Source of the DNA: Takakia lepidozioides
Taxonomy: Eukaryota; Plantae; Bryophyta
Direction of reading: 5' to 3'
Assembly (NCBI GenBank): GCA_030704615.1
Contig: CM060733.1
Coordinates: 13,020,001 to 13,084,000, forward strand
Length of the DNA stretch: 64,000 nucleotides
Every line of letters starts with the position of its first letter. Within the stretch, counting starts at the first letter, position 1. Shown here piece by piece: positions 53,169-64,000 of this stretch. The translations under genes were made by a program, and so were the position numbers. Below the pieces are notes generated by a model. It saw only the letters and a list, made by a program, of their open reading frames with translations, did no database searches and had not been told where the DNA came from.

Positions 53169-53891
53169 ATGGCTAACATGGATTTGTCCTTATCATCTCT
53201 GAACGAGATTAACAAACTTGATGGGGCCAATAACTATACTCTGTGGAAATTCAAGATTCAAACAATCTTGGAAAGGGATGAGATATGGGACCTCGTTGAG
53301 TCTTCTGAGAAGGGGAAGCATAAAGTCGACGTTGTAGGTGTTACAAATCCCAGCGAGTGTTGGGAGCTTTTGAAGAGACTTTATGGCACAAAGAACAATG
53401 CTAAGAGGTTGTACGTCAGGAACAAGTTCTCACAGTTGAAAATGGAAGACAACTAGCCTTCCATCATTCGAAGAACTTATCGGGTGTTTGCAGCTAGAAG
53501 AAACGCGATTCCTGAACCAACCCAAAGTACGGCGTGAAGAAGAAGCTTTGGTCGTCAAATTCAGGAACCTCCTGAATCGACGAGCAAATATTCAGGCCAG
53601 CAACTATGGGAGATGAACATGTCATAAGTGTGTCAAGGTGGGTCACTATTGGCGTCAATGTCCGGGCAGAGCAACATTCCCTAGACGTGAAAGTCTCGCA
53701 CAAGCACATGCAGCTGAAGTCAAGATTCCCGATAGTGTAGTTGAGCTGTTTGATGAAGCAGTGTCTACACTTGTTGCTGAGATCAAAGAGGAGCTCTGGT
53801 TTCTCGACACCGGGGCTATCAAACATGTCACCGGCAACCCTGATCTCTTAGAACAGATCAAACCTTCGGAAGAATCTCTGAATGACAGTAT
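53169..53891 (+). mobile_element. Ty1/copia gag-protease relic, interrupted by the CACTA insertion
   Basis: KLDGANNYTLWKFKIQTIL, W..LKRLY, CHKC..VGHYWRQC knuckle, WFLDTGAIKHVTG. Confidence 0.85.
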
Positions 53892-54244
53892 CACTACAGG
53901 AAAAGGGGGGGGGGGGTTCCGACGCCTACCCCACCATGGCACCTCTCCCGTGCGGCGCTTGGGCGTTGCAAAATATTGCCAAAATCTAATTTATGTGGAT
54001 TTTGGCCCAAGTCCTTTATTGCGACGCCTGAGGCGTCGCAATGGACATTTTTTTTTAAAAAAAATGTCGTAGCCTAGCGCCGCATCAAGCAAAAAAAAAA
54101 AAAAAAAAAAACGTCGCATTTTTAATGCGACGCCCTGTGCGTCGCATAAGCACCCCATGAGAGGAAAAAATAAAATAATAAATAATAAATAAAATAAAAT
54201 AATGAAAAAAAACCAAAAAAAGATCGCATTTTGAATGCGACGCC

Positions 54245-55200
54245 TGTAATGGCTAGATTCCCTCTACCTACCTTTTTGACATTTGGATGGACAGACACTG
54301 AATGATGACCGTTGGAAAGGGTTTGGATGAAACCAGCTAGAAACAATCTATTCTTAAACTAAGTATTGTCTTATATTAACAGCTAGTTTATCTCTAAAAT
54401 GGAATGAGGTGGCGTCCTATCTAGACATACACCCGGATGGAATCCAAATAACCAATCAGGGCTTGCCACTTGGTTAGATGAGATTGTGGGCCTTCGTTTA
54501 TAAAAGAGATCAGCACGACGCTTAAGGCGGCAGTGTACGTTTGGTGTGTAAACCCTAGTGTACTTGTGTGAGAGATTTGGATGAAGAAGGTGTGAGTGAG
54601 GATGTGCTGCTAACCCATGTGAATGATTCTGACTCCTCTCCGTTGGATCCTGCCTATCTCGCTAGCCTGCTTTACCGAGCACACATCCCCGTGATAGCTC
54701 AATACCCGTAGAGGAAGAGGAATAACGGGGTGGGCAAGAATCTTGGTGGAGAAGGGGTTGCAGGATTTCGTTAATCATTAGCTGCACATTCATTCCTTGT
54801 ACGTCAGGTAGTTGTACACTGACACTGTTGCCATGGCGACGCTCTACTGTTTCAGTTCTCGTTCATGTTTTTGCTTGCTCCTGGCTTTCATAGTATCTGC
54901 TTGCGTTTCTGTAACCTGTGGCAATGGCCTCCTCTTCTAATCCTCCAACTGACGCTGAGCTTAGCGCGTACAAAGAAACTCCCGCTGGTCATTTTGAGTC
55001 GATTTTTGCCAGCTTCGTGCATGTTGCGGTTGATCCTAGCCTAGTGGTTGAAGTTGATTATCCGCCTCTTGGCTTTGGTGCTTAGCCCCGAGCAAACAGT
55101 TAGTCCTGTACTACACATCCCGCCACATTAGCAAAAACAAAAAGTTGTCATGTGCATGGCTCATAATGCCATCTACCCCACTACGGTGCACAAGACTGTC
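54245..55200 (+). mobile_element. Probable LTR-retroelement fragment nested in the CACTA left arm
   Basis: Abrupt switch from GCGACG repeats to TGTAATGGC..., a TATAAA box at ~54500, a possible CA end at ~54806, then a short ORF start MASSSNPP. No PBS or TSD recognised. Confidence 0.35.
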
Positions 55201-55204
55201 GTCG

Positions 55205-56202
55205 AAACTTCCATGAACTTGTTTCCAGTCTATGATATGGGGGAGGAGATCTTGGATGACCTCAAGGGTCTACCCACTCTCGGCACTAGACTGAAATTTA
55301 AACTCGGGGCAGGAAGCAAACAGAAGCAGAGAGGATCGGGAGAATGCAATTGCCCGTTGTGTGGGCAATCTGAAGACATTATTCATTTATGATACACTCT
55401 CCGGGGTTCTCTCACCAAAGAGACGCTCTCTTCAAATCTATCAAGGGAATTGTGTATGTACCTCTGTTTACTAACTTTGAAAAAGTCGAGGCTGAGCCAA
55501 AAGCCCAGCCCCTTCTGAGGCCTAGTTTTTGGGCAACTCACACACAGCAGATTGATGCTTGTGTGAAGGGATTTGTAGAGGATATCTGGAAAACCCGGAT
55601 TAATTCTATATGTGAATGTAAGTTTTACTACCAACGTCAGCCCCTGATAGAGGTAGGATCTGTCCCTTTTGTTTCCCCAAGAGAGGGGGCAACAAAGAAA
55701 AGAAAAAAATGTGGGGGTGGGGAGTGACTGAGCAGCTCTCTTCTGTGCTGCTCTATTTTAAGCTCCCGATGAGATAAATTCAAGGTCAGATGGTAGGTTC
55801 AGCTGCAACATATGTCCAAGACCAGATATCCTAAGTTAATCGACTCTATATCTTGGAAACAGGACCGCCCTGTCAAACAGGGTAAGCCCTGGGAGAAGAG
55901 TGTAGAAGAGATTCTCAAGGATATGAATCTGGACCCGCAAGTCTTGACCTTGCTGGATAAACCTGACTTAGAGAGTGTAGTGTCCAAAGCCATGTCTGTT
56001 ACCAGAAAATTGTCCGATGAAAATGAAGTTATGAAGAAAACTTCCTTGAACCTGTTTCCAGTGTGACATGGGGGAGGACATCATGGATGCACTCAAGGGT
56101 CTATCCCACTCTTGGCACCAGACCAAAATTTAAACTCAGGCTAGGAAGACTACATTTGAACAGTAAACAGAAGCAGAGAGGAAATGGAGAGTGCAATTGC
56201 CC
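55205..56202 (+). mobile_element. Two overlapping LINE-derived 3' fragments (RTEX-like CCHC region)
   Basis: TRLKFKL..CNCPLCGQSED.IH...[17 protein letters not shown], followed by a second piece MSKTRYPKLIDS.. Confidence 0.75.
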
Positions 56203-57309
56203 TGACGCACCTCTGCTGCTTGCTGCTGCTGCTGCTGCTTAAAGCGAGCTAGCGCGGCGAGCTGTTGCGGTGCTGTCGCGGCTGCCAACGGCGCGGGTCC
56301 TCGCCGCTGCAGGGCGTCTCTCCCCCGCTCACCATGGCCCCATCTCTCTCTTCAGCTCGTTTAGATCGCGCCTCTGCGCGGCGTTCCTACCACACAGGGG
56401 AGAGAGAGATCAGCCCGTGCTTAGGGCAAGAAAGCAAGAGAGAAAGTGAGGGACGAGGCGGTGCTTATCTTGGGCGTTGGAGCGGCGTTGGGGCAAACTC
56501 CTTGGGGCCTTGTGACCACCTTGAGCTCAGCAGCAGGTGCGTTTCTCCTCCACCCTAAACCCCACTCTCTGAACTACCTCTCTCCCAAAGACAAAACAAA
56601 AACGGGAGGGGAAAGAGGTGCTTCAAGCACTTAGGGAAAAAAAAGGGCGTGGCGCCTACGTGCGACGCCCGGCTGTCGCACGCCTGCGCCCCGCCCTTTT
56701 TTTGAAATGTAAAAATGGTATTTGCGACGGCGGGCCGTCGCTGCTTGCGACCCCCGGCCCCATGAATAAAAAAACACGTCGCCCCCCGCGACGGCTTTCC
56801 GTCTCGGGGTGCGACCCCCAGGTAAAAATTTGAAAAAAATGCGTCGTCAAATGCGACGCGAGGGTGTCGCAGGAGGCGACAGCCGGCCTTTCTGGGTTTA
56901 GGGTTTAGGGCCTTTTGGGGTTCTTAGTTTTTATTTTTATTTTTATTTTTTTTCATATGGTATTGGGTTAGGGTGTTTTCTTTTCTTTATGGTGCTGGGT
57001 TTTGGATTGGCGATTTTGGTTGTGGGTCTTGGGGTTGAAAGGATAAACGGTGTAAGTAGGATTCACATATCCAAAATGTGGTTCAATCTGATAAGCGCAA
57101 AGTGCTGGGTCTCAACAAATTTTTCCATGGTGTGGGCATCCTGAAGATAGAACGTGAGGAAGGATTTATTGTCTTGTGCTCTCTAGCACCATAGGGATGC
57201 TCCGCCTTTGGTTACCAATTTTGAAAGCCCCGAGGCTGCGGCACAAGGTTTTTTCGCCAACGGTTTTTGAGAAATGAAAGTGCTGGTGGTGTGTGTTAAT
57301 TAGGATGCG

Positions 57310-58401
57310 ATGATGAGGAAACATCAACCCGTCTCCCTCGAGGATGAGGAGGTAGTACCACATATCGATTGTGGCCCTAGAGCTACTGTTTTTCATGGTG
57401 AGGAGCCACCCATTGTACCTGATCCAATATAGGCTGCCGGGCACAATCGTAGAAGGGACAGGGGCCAAATTTCAGGTGATGCGGAGGATGTTGACACTCC
57501 GGGATCGAGTTGGGCGCGCCGCGGGTTGCCCCCTCGCGGGCCACCCTGTCCAACCACGTAACCACCTCCACTTTCATCTCCTCCGCCAGCAGTACCACCT
57601 CCACCTCCACCACCACCTCCACCTCCACGTGCATGTGCCCCCCGAACCCCTAGGAGGGGTCGGCTTCGCCCTAGGTTTCCTCCCCTTCGGCTTGGGCGGC
57701 CTGAGCCGGATCCTCGCTCCCGATGGGAAACGCATAGGACTATGTTACTGAGGACCGTCCAACCTCGTTGTTGGGGGAATCATCTCGACCCTCCCACCCT
57801 CATCCGAGAAAATGTGGAGTTCGAGTATTGGGGGAGATGGTATGTTGTGAGAGCCGCTACAGATCCTGCTATGGGTCGGGGTTTATTCACGGTCAATGAT
57901 ATTGTGGTTCCTCCTCGGAGAAACAGCATGGTGGACTTGTTTCCCTACTACGGTCCATACTACACCTCCGCGGAGTTCCGTACATTACGCCTCGAAGCCC
58001 CATACATCCTACCCTACATTATGTGTGTCAACGGACAAGATGTACGTAGATGGGGGTTGTCTCCCATTGAGATCAAATTTTGTGATGGTGACCCCGACAT
58101 CTTCGACAATGTAACTGGGCTGGTCAATAGTTCTTTTGGTCATCCTAGGATAACCAATGTAGTATAGGACGAGCGAAGCGATGGGCATAAGAACTTTTGT
58201 GGTCATACGTCAGTATACTGTGAGGGGATGCACATGTTTGTGATGACATGTGCTAGTAGGACTATTAGGGCTGGCAGCGAACTATTTGCATCATACGAGT
58301 TCTCCCGGGATGATTGGGACCTCCGATTACAGCGTGAGTGGGATGTGTATGATAGAAATAGGGTTCCTTTGAGACAGGAATCGCGTAGAGGGGCATTGTA
58401 G
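57310..58401 (+). pseudogene. Transposon-borne proline-rich plus SET-domain (lysine methyltransferase-like) gene with three in-frame stops
   Basis: Single frame from ATG 57310 to TAG 58399-58401. SET motifs MGRGLFTVNDI, PYYGPYY, DGDPDIFDNVTGLVNSS and CASRTIRAGSELFASY. Stops at 57430, 57559 and 58165; no frameshifts. Confidence 0.8.
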
Positions 58402-59393
58402 ATATTCTCATGTCGATGTACTTTGTATACATCCGATTAATCGATTGATGTAAGAAAAAAATTGTTGCTCATGTGGGTTGCAACTTTGCATATGTGATCT
58501 AAACATTTTTATGCACATGTGGACCAAATATGAGCTTGAACCAAGTTGATTCAATGGGTCATTCTAGTGTTGAATGCAGCTATGTGTCATAGAGATGGAA
58601 AATTGCGTTTCGCCTGCAGATGATTTTTTTTTTAATTCCATTTTCAAGCCATATGCTTAATGATAGCATATGCAATGTGCGTGCAAAATTTGAGAGTAAA
58701 CAAAAGTCATTTGGACCCATAACCAGATTTTGTTCTCTGATTGGCACTCCAAAGTTGAGTTATCTTCAACTTCATCTACTCTTCATAGAGAGTTCTACAA
58801 AAGTGACCCTAGAAACACACTTATTTTTTTTCCATTTTGTTTTTGTCCAATTTTTTGCATGGATGTAGTGGTGCAAAGCCCGATGTCACAGAACAAAATA
58901 GAGCTAAGAATAAAATCATTACGCCCCTCAAAACCGCAATCATATATTTTCTAAATGCAAATATTTATTTTAAATTCATTTAAATTCGATTTAATTCAAA
59001 ATTGGTGCAAGGGTGAGTGCGTCGTAGGGGAGGCAAATGTTTTTTTTTTTTTTTTCTGCTGGATCTTTGTACAGGTGTTGCACACATATTTTAGCACATG
59101 TAAGAAAAAATAAAGCTTGAGCCACATTTGTTTGTTGGGTGCAATGGCATGAGAGGATTTTCTTTCACATTAATAAACAAAAATTGGTTGATAGGGTGAA
59201 TGCATCAGCAAATGATTTTGTTTGGGTTTGAAACTTTGCATGCGTGTATGTTGCGCACATACATGTAATTATTGAATGACATATTTGATGCACGCACACA
59301 TTGAAGGTTGTTGTTTGCATTTCGCTTATAATGAAGTGTATGGTTGCAAGGACACATTACAATATATGTCATTATGTTCATTTGTTCGTATCA

Positions 59394-60985
59394 GGACTTT
59401 GTCCATCCCTTCCCGGTCCTTTCTCTTGGCACCCCATCCGAAAACAACCCAAGTACATCAGGCGGGAGCCGTGGGCGAGACGCCGCCCCCACGGTACCGG
59501 ACGATGATGACGATGACAGTGACAATGACAGTGACAACAACAATGAGCATAGAATCAACCAAGAGGATGTGCAAGCCATGGAGGATCTCTTAATGCATAA
59601 TGTGGGCTCTAATGCATCCATGAAGAGGGAACCCGACCAATCGATGATCCTGAAATGGCCCCCTCAAATGACATGGAGAGGGAGGCGAGAACTCCCTTGT
59701 ACAAAGGGGCGAAAGTGAGTCGACTTTCAACAATCTTACTTTTGCTCAATCTTCAAATTCGATTTGGCATAAGTAATGTTGGGATGTCTGCCATAATACG
59801 AACTATTGCAGACTATATCTTTGCTCTATACTTGAAACCCAAGATGCCACGGTCGCAGAAAGAGGCGCGCGAAGTCTTGGACTCTGTGGGGATGGGCTAT
59901 AAGATTTTTCATGCATGTCCATGTGATAAAACCCTATACTACGGAGAGTCTCACCAATTGCCCAAAGTGCAAGAAAGACCGATATCGGGATGATGTCCAA
60001 GGGGAAAAAGTATCACGCAAGGTATAAGCGCCATTCCCCCTCGCATGGAGATTACTTTCTTTAATCTTCTCAATGTATGTAAAGTGTATTCCACAAAATT
60101 TAGGGTTTAGAGAGTAGTATTCATGCAAGATCTGATTGTGGTTTTGGAAGGAGTGAGTGAGGAGTGGAAGGAGCGACGTTCGGTTTTGACCATTCACACT
60201 CAAATGAGGGAGAGGTTGCATAAAAGGAAAGACATAATGGTGTTGTATTATGTGTGCTAATGGGATGATTACATATGGGGGGCGTGGGGTATTTCATCCT
60301 AGAAAATGCATTACTTTCCGATCATCCCGCGATTGAGGGCACAGTATCGAAGCCCCGAATTGGCCAGACTCGTGAGATGGCACGCCTCGCATCGGAGCCC
60401 CCCGTGAAAGGTGTGCGGGCCACAAGATTCACAAGCATGGAGGCATATTGAAGAGATGTGGCCTTCTCTCTTGGAGGACCCACGACATGTCCACCTCGGC
60501 TTCTCCTCGGATGGGGTCAACCCATTCTCTGTCCAATCATGTAGTCATTCCACTTGGCCGGTGACCATGGTAAATTACAACATCCCTCCGTATCTTTCAA
60601 TTAAAAAAGACCATATCATGTTGGCTGCCATTGTGCCAGGTGAGTGTACTCATTTCATGTTTATTATTGCCTTAGACTTTACATTAAACTTATGATCTCT
60701 GACGCAATTCGGATGCAAGATTGATGAGTGACATAATCATGAAGTAAGACGTGTAATTCATTTAGTAGTATAATTTGCATATTGGTGGAGCATTGAAACA
60801 ATGATGTGAATGTCTCATAGGGAAAACACAAGTGGCAAACATGGACACGTACTTGCGACCTCTTGTTGATGAACTTAAGGAGCTATGGAGGGGGGTCCCG
60901 CCATTGGATGCTTCACTTGACCCTGTGGCCGGACAATCTTTTCAGATGAGAAACATCTTGCTTTGGACAATGCATGATTATCCAG
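59394..60985 (+). pseudogene. CACTA TnpD/Tnp2 (Transposase_21-like) transposase, spliced, disrupted and truncated
   Basis: ARTPLYKG, YKIFHACPCD..LYY..CPKC..DRY, intron 60022-60302, YFPIIPRL..WH..DSQAW..DPRHVHLGFSSDGVNPF..STWPV..YNIPP..IVPG, intron, MDTYLRPLVDELKELW..WTMHDYPG. Confidence 0.9.
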
Positions 60986-61084
60986 GTATATTATGTTCCC
61001 CATGAACAACCCGCGTACAATGCCGGATAATATCGATGATGATTGGGGTTTTTGCCTAACTTCATTTTCATCTACTGCTGCTCA

Positions 61085-61912
61085 GTCACTCCCCCCCCCC
61101 CCCACATTTTTTTCTTTTCTTTTCTGCCCCCTCTCTTGGGGAAACAAAAGGGACAGATCCTACCTCTATCAGGGACTGACGTTGGTAGTAAGACTTACCT
61201 TCACATATAGAATTAATCCGGGTTTTCCAGATATCCTCTACAAATCCCTTCACACAAGCATCAATCTGTTGTGTGTCAGATGCCCAAAAACTAGGCCTCA
61301 GAAGGGGCTGGGCTTTTGGCTCAGCCTCGACTTTTTCAAAGTTAGTAAATAGAGGTACATGCACAATTTCCTTGATAGATTTGAAGAGAGCATCTCTTTG
61401 GTGAGAGAACCCCGGACAGTGTATCAGAAAATGAGTATTGTCTTCAGATTGCCCACACAACGGGCAATTGCACTCTCCCTTTCCGCTCTGCTTCTGTTTG
61501 CTGTTCAAATGTAGACTTCCTGCCCGGAGTTTAAATTTCAGTCTAGTGCAGTGAGTGGGTAGTCCCTTGAGGTCATCCAAGATCTTCTCCCCCATGTCAT
61601 AGACTGGAAACAAGTTCAGGGAAGTTTTTTTGCCTAACTTCATTTTTATCAGACAATCTCATGGCAACAGACATGGTTGGACACTACAGCCTCTAAGTCA
61701 GATTTATCCAGCAGGGTGAAGACTTGCGGTTCCAGGTCTAGGTCCTTGAGAATCTCTTCTACTGTCTTCTGCCAGGACTTAGCCTGTTTGATAGGTCGGT
61801 GGGCGGTCCTGTTTCCAAGATATAGAGTCGATTAACTTAGGCTATCTGGTGTTGGACATATGCTGCAGCTGACCCCACCATCTGACCTTAAACTCATCTC
61901 GTTGGGAGCTTA
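61085..61912 (-). mobile_element. LINE-derived 3' fragment (~830 bp) inserted after the last visible TnpD exon
   Basis: LSSQRDEFKVRWWGQLQHMS..PKL; KLRAGSLHL..CNCPLCGQSEDNTHFLIHCP..R..LF; same family as 55205-56202. Confidence 0.8.
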
Positions 61913-63474
61913 AACGTCTCTTCACCATACCCTGGCCTAAGCATCTAGCTAACAAAGCCATCCGGGTTGGAACATAACAGGGGCATTTTACCAACATGGG
62001 TACCCGAGTAGCTGCAGCAAACAGTTCCTTGCAGCCTCTCAATTTGTTTCCAACTACCATAAGGTAAGCAAAGCAAACTAGGGCCTGGAAAACAGATGTG
62101 TGTCTCTCACACAAGCCATCATAAACCCGGCTGTCACAACAAAGCAAAGGTTTTCCATTGGCTGGGCCATAGCCCATTGTAGAAAACATTACACTTGTTC
62201 TTCATAAATAAAGGAAGGAGAGAGGTAGGATCAAGAAAAACCATAGAGTAGTTGAGTTTTTCAACATTTTAAGATGAGTCCCTGGCAAGCAATTCCTTCC
62301 CCGGCTCTGCAATCCCACTTGGCATCTAGCAGCACCTAGACATCAGTATATCAAGTGGAAGCCCTCACCTGTGCCCGTCCCAAAAACAACCACAACGCAT
62401 TGTGAGTTAGTGAGGATGCACGAGGTGAATAGCAGGCTTCCACACTTGCTATCGAGGTCACATACACTTGAATCTAAGCGCAAAGAATGCCAAAGAAAGC
62501 AGGGAAGCAAGACAAACAATTTTTTATTTTATTTTTTACTGTTTGGGGGAGAATCGCCATCTCTCCACAAGCCTAACCGGCAGGGAGGTCTCTGCCAGCA
62601 CCACAACACTGCTACCTTAACCAAAACAAAGTCTTGCCAAGCATAAGAAAAAAGAGCTTGGTCTCAAAAGGTGGGGTTTATAAAGGGAGGGAGAGAGAGA
62701 CTTCCTTGTTCTACCAAGACGCCGCCATTCATCAAAGATCCAGAGGAGGGCTCCTAGGGAAACGTCATAAGTAGGCAGGTGGTACCTCCGCCATGCCGTG
62801 GTTCCCTTGTGCAGCAAAAAAACAGACAAATGAGACAGTGAATCTTCCCTCATCTCTAAGCCACCGCCACCGCCTTAAAGAGCCCGCATAGGCGGCACTC
62901 ATAGGAGCCATAACTACTCAAGGATTGGCAGCTCAAGGTATCTGCAGCACGAGCACCATCGCGCGCACTCTCGCAACGCAAAAAAAAGACATTAGGGTTG
63001 CGCAGGGTTTTCCCCTGTCTGGCCCATCATTCATCATTCTTAGGATGAAAAACATCCGCCAGTCTGTTCGCCCGACGGACGTTATCCGTTTTCCATTCGC
63101 GGAAGATGAAAAATGTCGTGCGTTCATCCTGTCTTGAACTGGACGGATGCAGTCCGCTTTTCATCTAGTTTAGATGAAAAACATCGGGGTAAAAAATCTT
63201 TGTGTAGACCTGTCTTGTCCCGTATTTTAGGTCCTGACAGATGAAATCTTTTTTTCATCCAGGTTGGATTGAAAAACTAAACACTGACGGGCGTTTTGCA
63301 CTCAGTATATTCCGGGTTGGTGTCCGGATGAAGCAAAAAACCTCACAGGTATTAGTGAAGAAAAGTTTTACTAGGGAAAAAAATGTATTATGAATGAAAA
63401 ACATCTAAAATTCCATGCAACCCAATTTTTTCAATTTTTTCAAAAATGGAAGTCGGGACAACAATTCCATAAAC

Positions 63475-63700
63475 CCAGTTTCCAGAGGGAGAGAGAGGGA
63501 GAGAGAGGGACAGAGAGAGGGAGTGAGAGTGAGAGATCAGGAAACGAAAAATAAAATAAAATAAAAAAATTGGGGGGGGGAGTGACTGAGCAGCTGTCCT
63601 CAGTAGCTGCAGCTGCAAGGTCACTCCCCCCCCCCCTCCCACATTTTTTTTTTCTTTGTTGCCCCCTCTCTCCCTTTGTCTCCCTCTCTACTGGGAATTG
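63475..63700. repeat. Inverted duplication of the LINE-derived tail, with (GA)n microsatellite
   Basis: GGGGAGTGACTGAGCAGC at ~63575 faces GTCACTCCCCC...ACATTTTTTT at ~63620; the same tail occurs at 55710-55737 and 61078-61140. Confidence 0.6.
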
Positions 63701-64000
63701 GCAGTTTGCTATCAGTGTTGACTTCTTGTTTTCTCATCCTCTATCGGATTAATTCTATATATGAAGGTAAGTCCTACTACCAGAGGTTGTAGAGGTTGTA
63801 GAGGTTGTTTCCTAATGAGGCTAACTTGTGGGTTTGCATGACAGGTGCCAGCTTATGGGGAAAGAGAAGAAGTCCCCTGCCCCAAAGAAAGGGGCGGACA
63901 ATCCGTTTGCTCTGCCGGCACGTGTGATGTGCCAGGGCGTCTCACGGTTAACCAGCCCTATTGACAGCCGCAGCCGGAGGGCTCGTCTGCCCCCCGAGGC

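Larger units (their letters stand above)
53892..64000 (+). mobile_element. CACTA/EnSpm DNA transposon; left end in window, right end not seen
   Basis: CACTACAGGAAAA terminus at 53892. Dense GCGACG/CGTCGC subterminal repeats at 53920-54244 and 56650-56882. TnpD-like exons at 59.4-61.0 kb. Extent beyond ~61 kb uncertain. Confidence 0.8.

Noticed and set aside
56894-56910. Telomere or chromosome end
   Set aside because: Only about 2.5 repeats, internal to a transposon; treated as a telo-box.
57371-57751. His-rich ORF (HLHLHHHLHLH) as a separate gene
   Set aside because: It is the alternative frame of the poly-Pro (CCACCT)n tract belonging to the SET-domain frame.
384-63752. Most remaining short ORFs in the six-frame track
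   Set aside because: They are antisense or off-frame shadows of TE and host exons, or chance ORFs without recognisable motifs.

Overview
Eukaryotic plant nuclear DNA, probably from a seed-free land plant (inferred from the gene and transposon repertoire only). Two intron-rich host genes lie on the minus strand: a sucrose-phosphate synthase (~15.1-25.3 kb) and an EDR2-like PH-START-DUF1336 gene (~29.0-40.7 kb). Nested transposons surround them. Left arm: a degenerate Ty3/gypsy chromovirus, a solo LTR of the same family, and an interrupted L1 LINE. Right arm: a 7.5-kb hAT element with a perfect 8-bp TSD, gypsy and copia relics, and a CACTA/EnSpm element running off the right end. Main finding: the CACTA element carries, between its left terminus and its TnpD transposase, an intronless ~360-codon gene for a proline-rich protein with a SET (lysine methyltransferase-like) domain, here broken by three point stops. 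Also notable: the hAT element has captured an in-frame PR-1/chloroplast Cu-Zn SOD chimera with introns, and has an array of about ten exon-intron cassettes upstream of its transposase. All assignments are from manual reading of motifs; exon coordinates are approximate.
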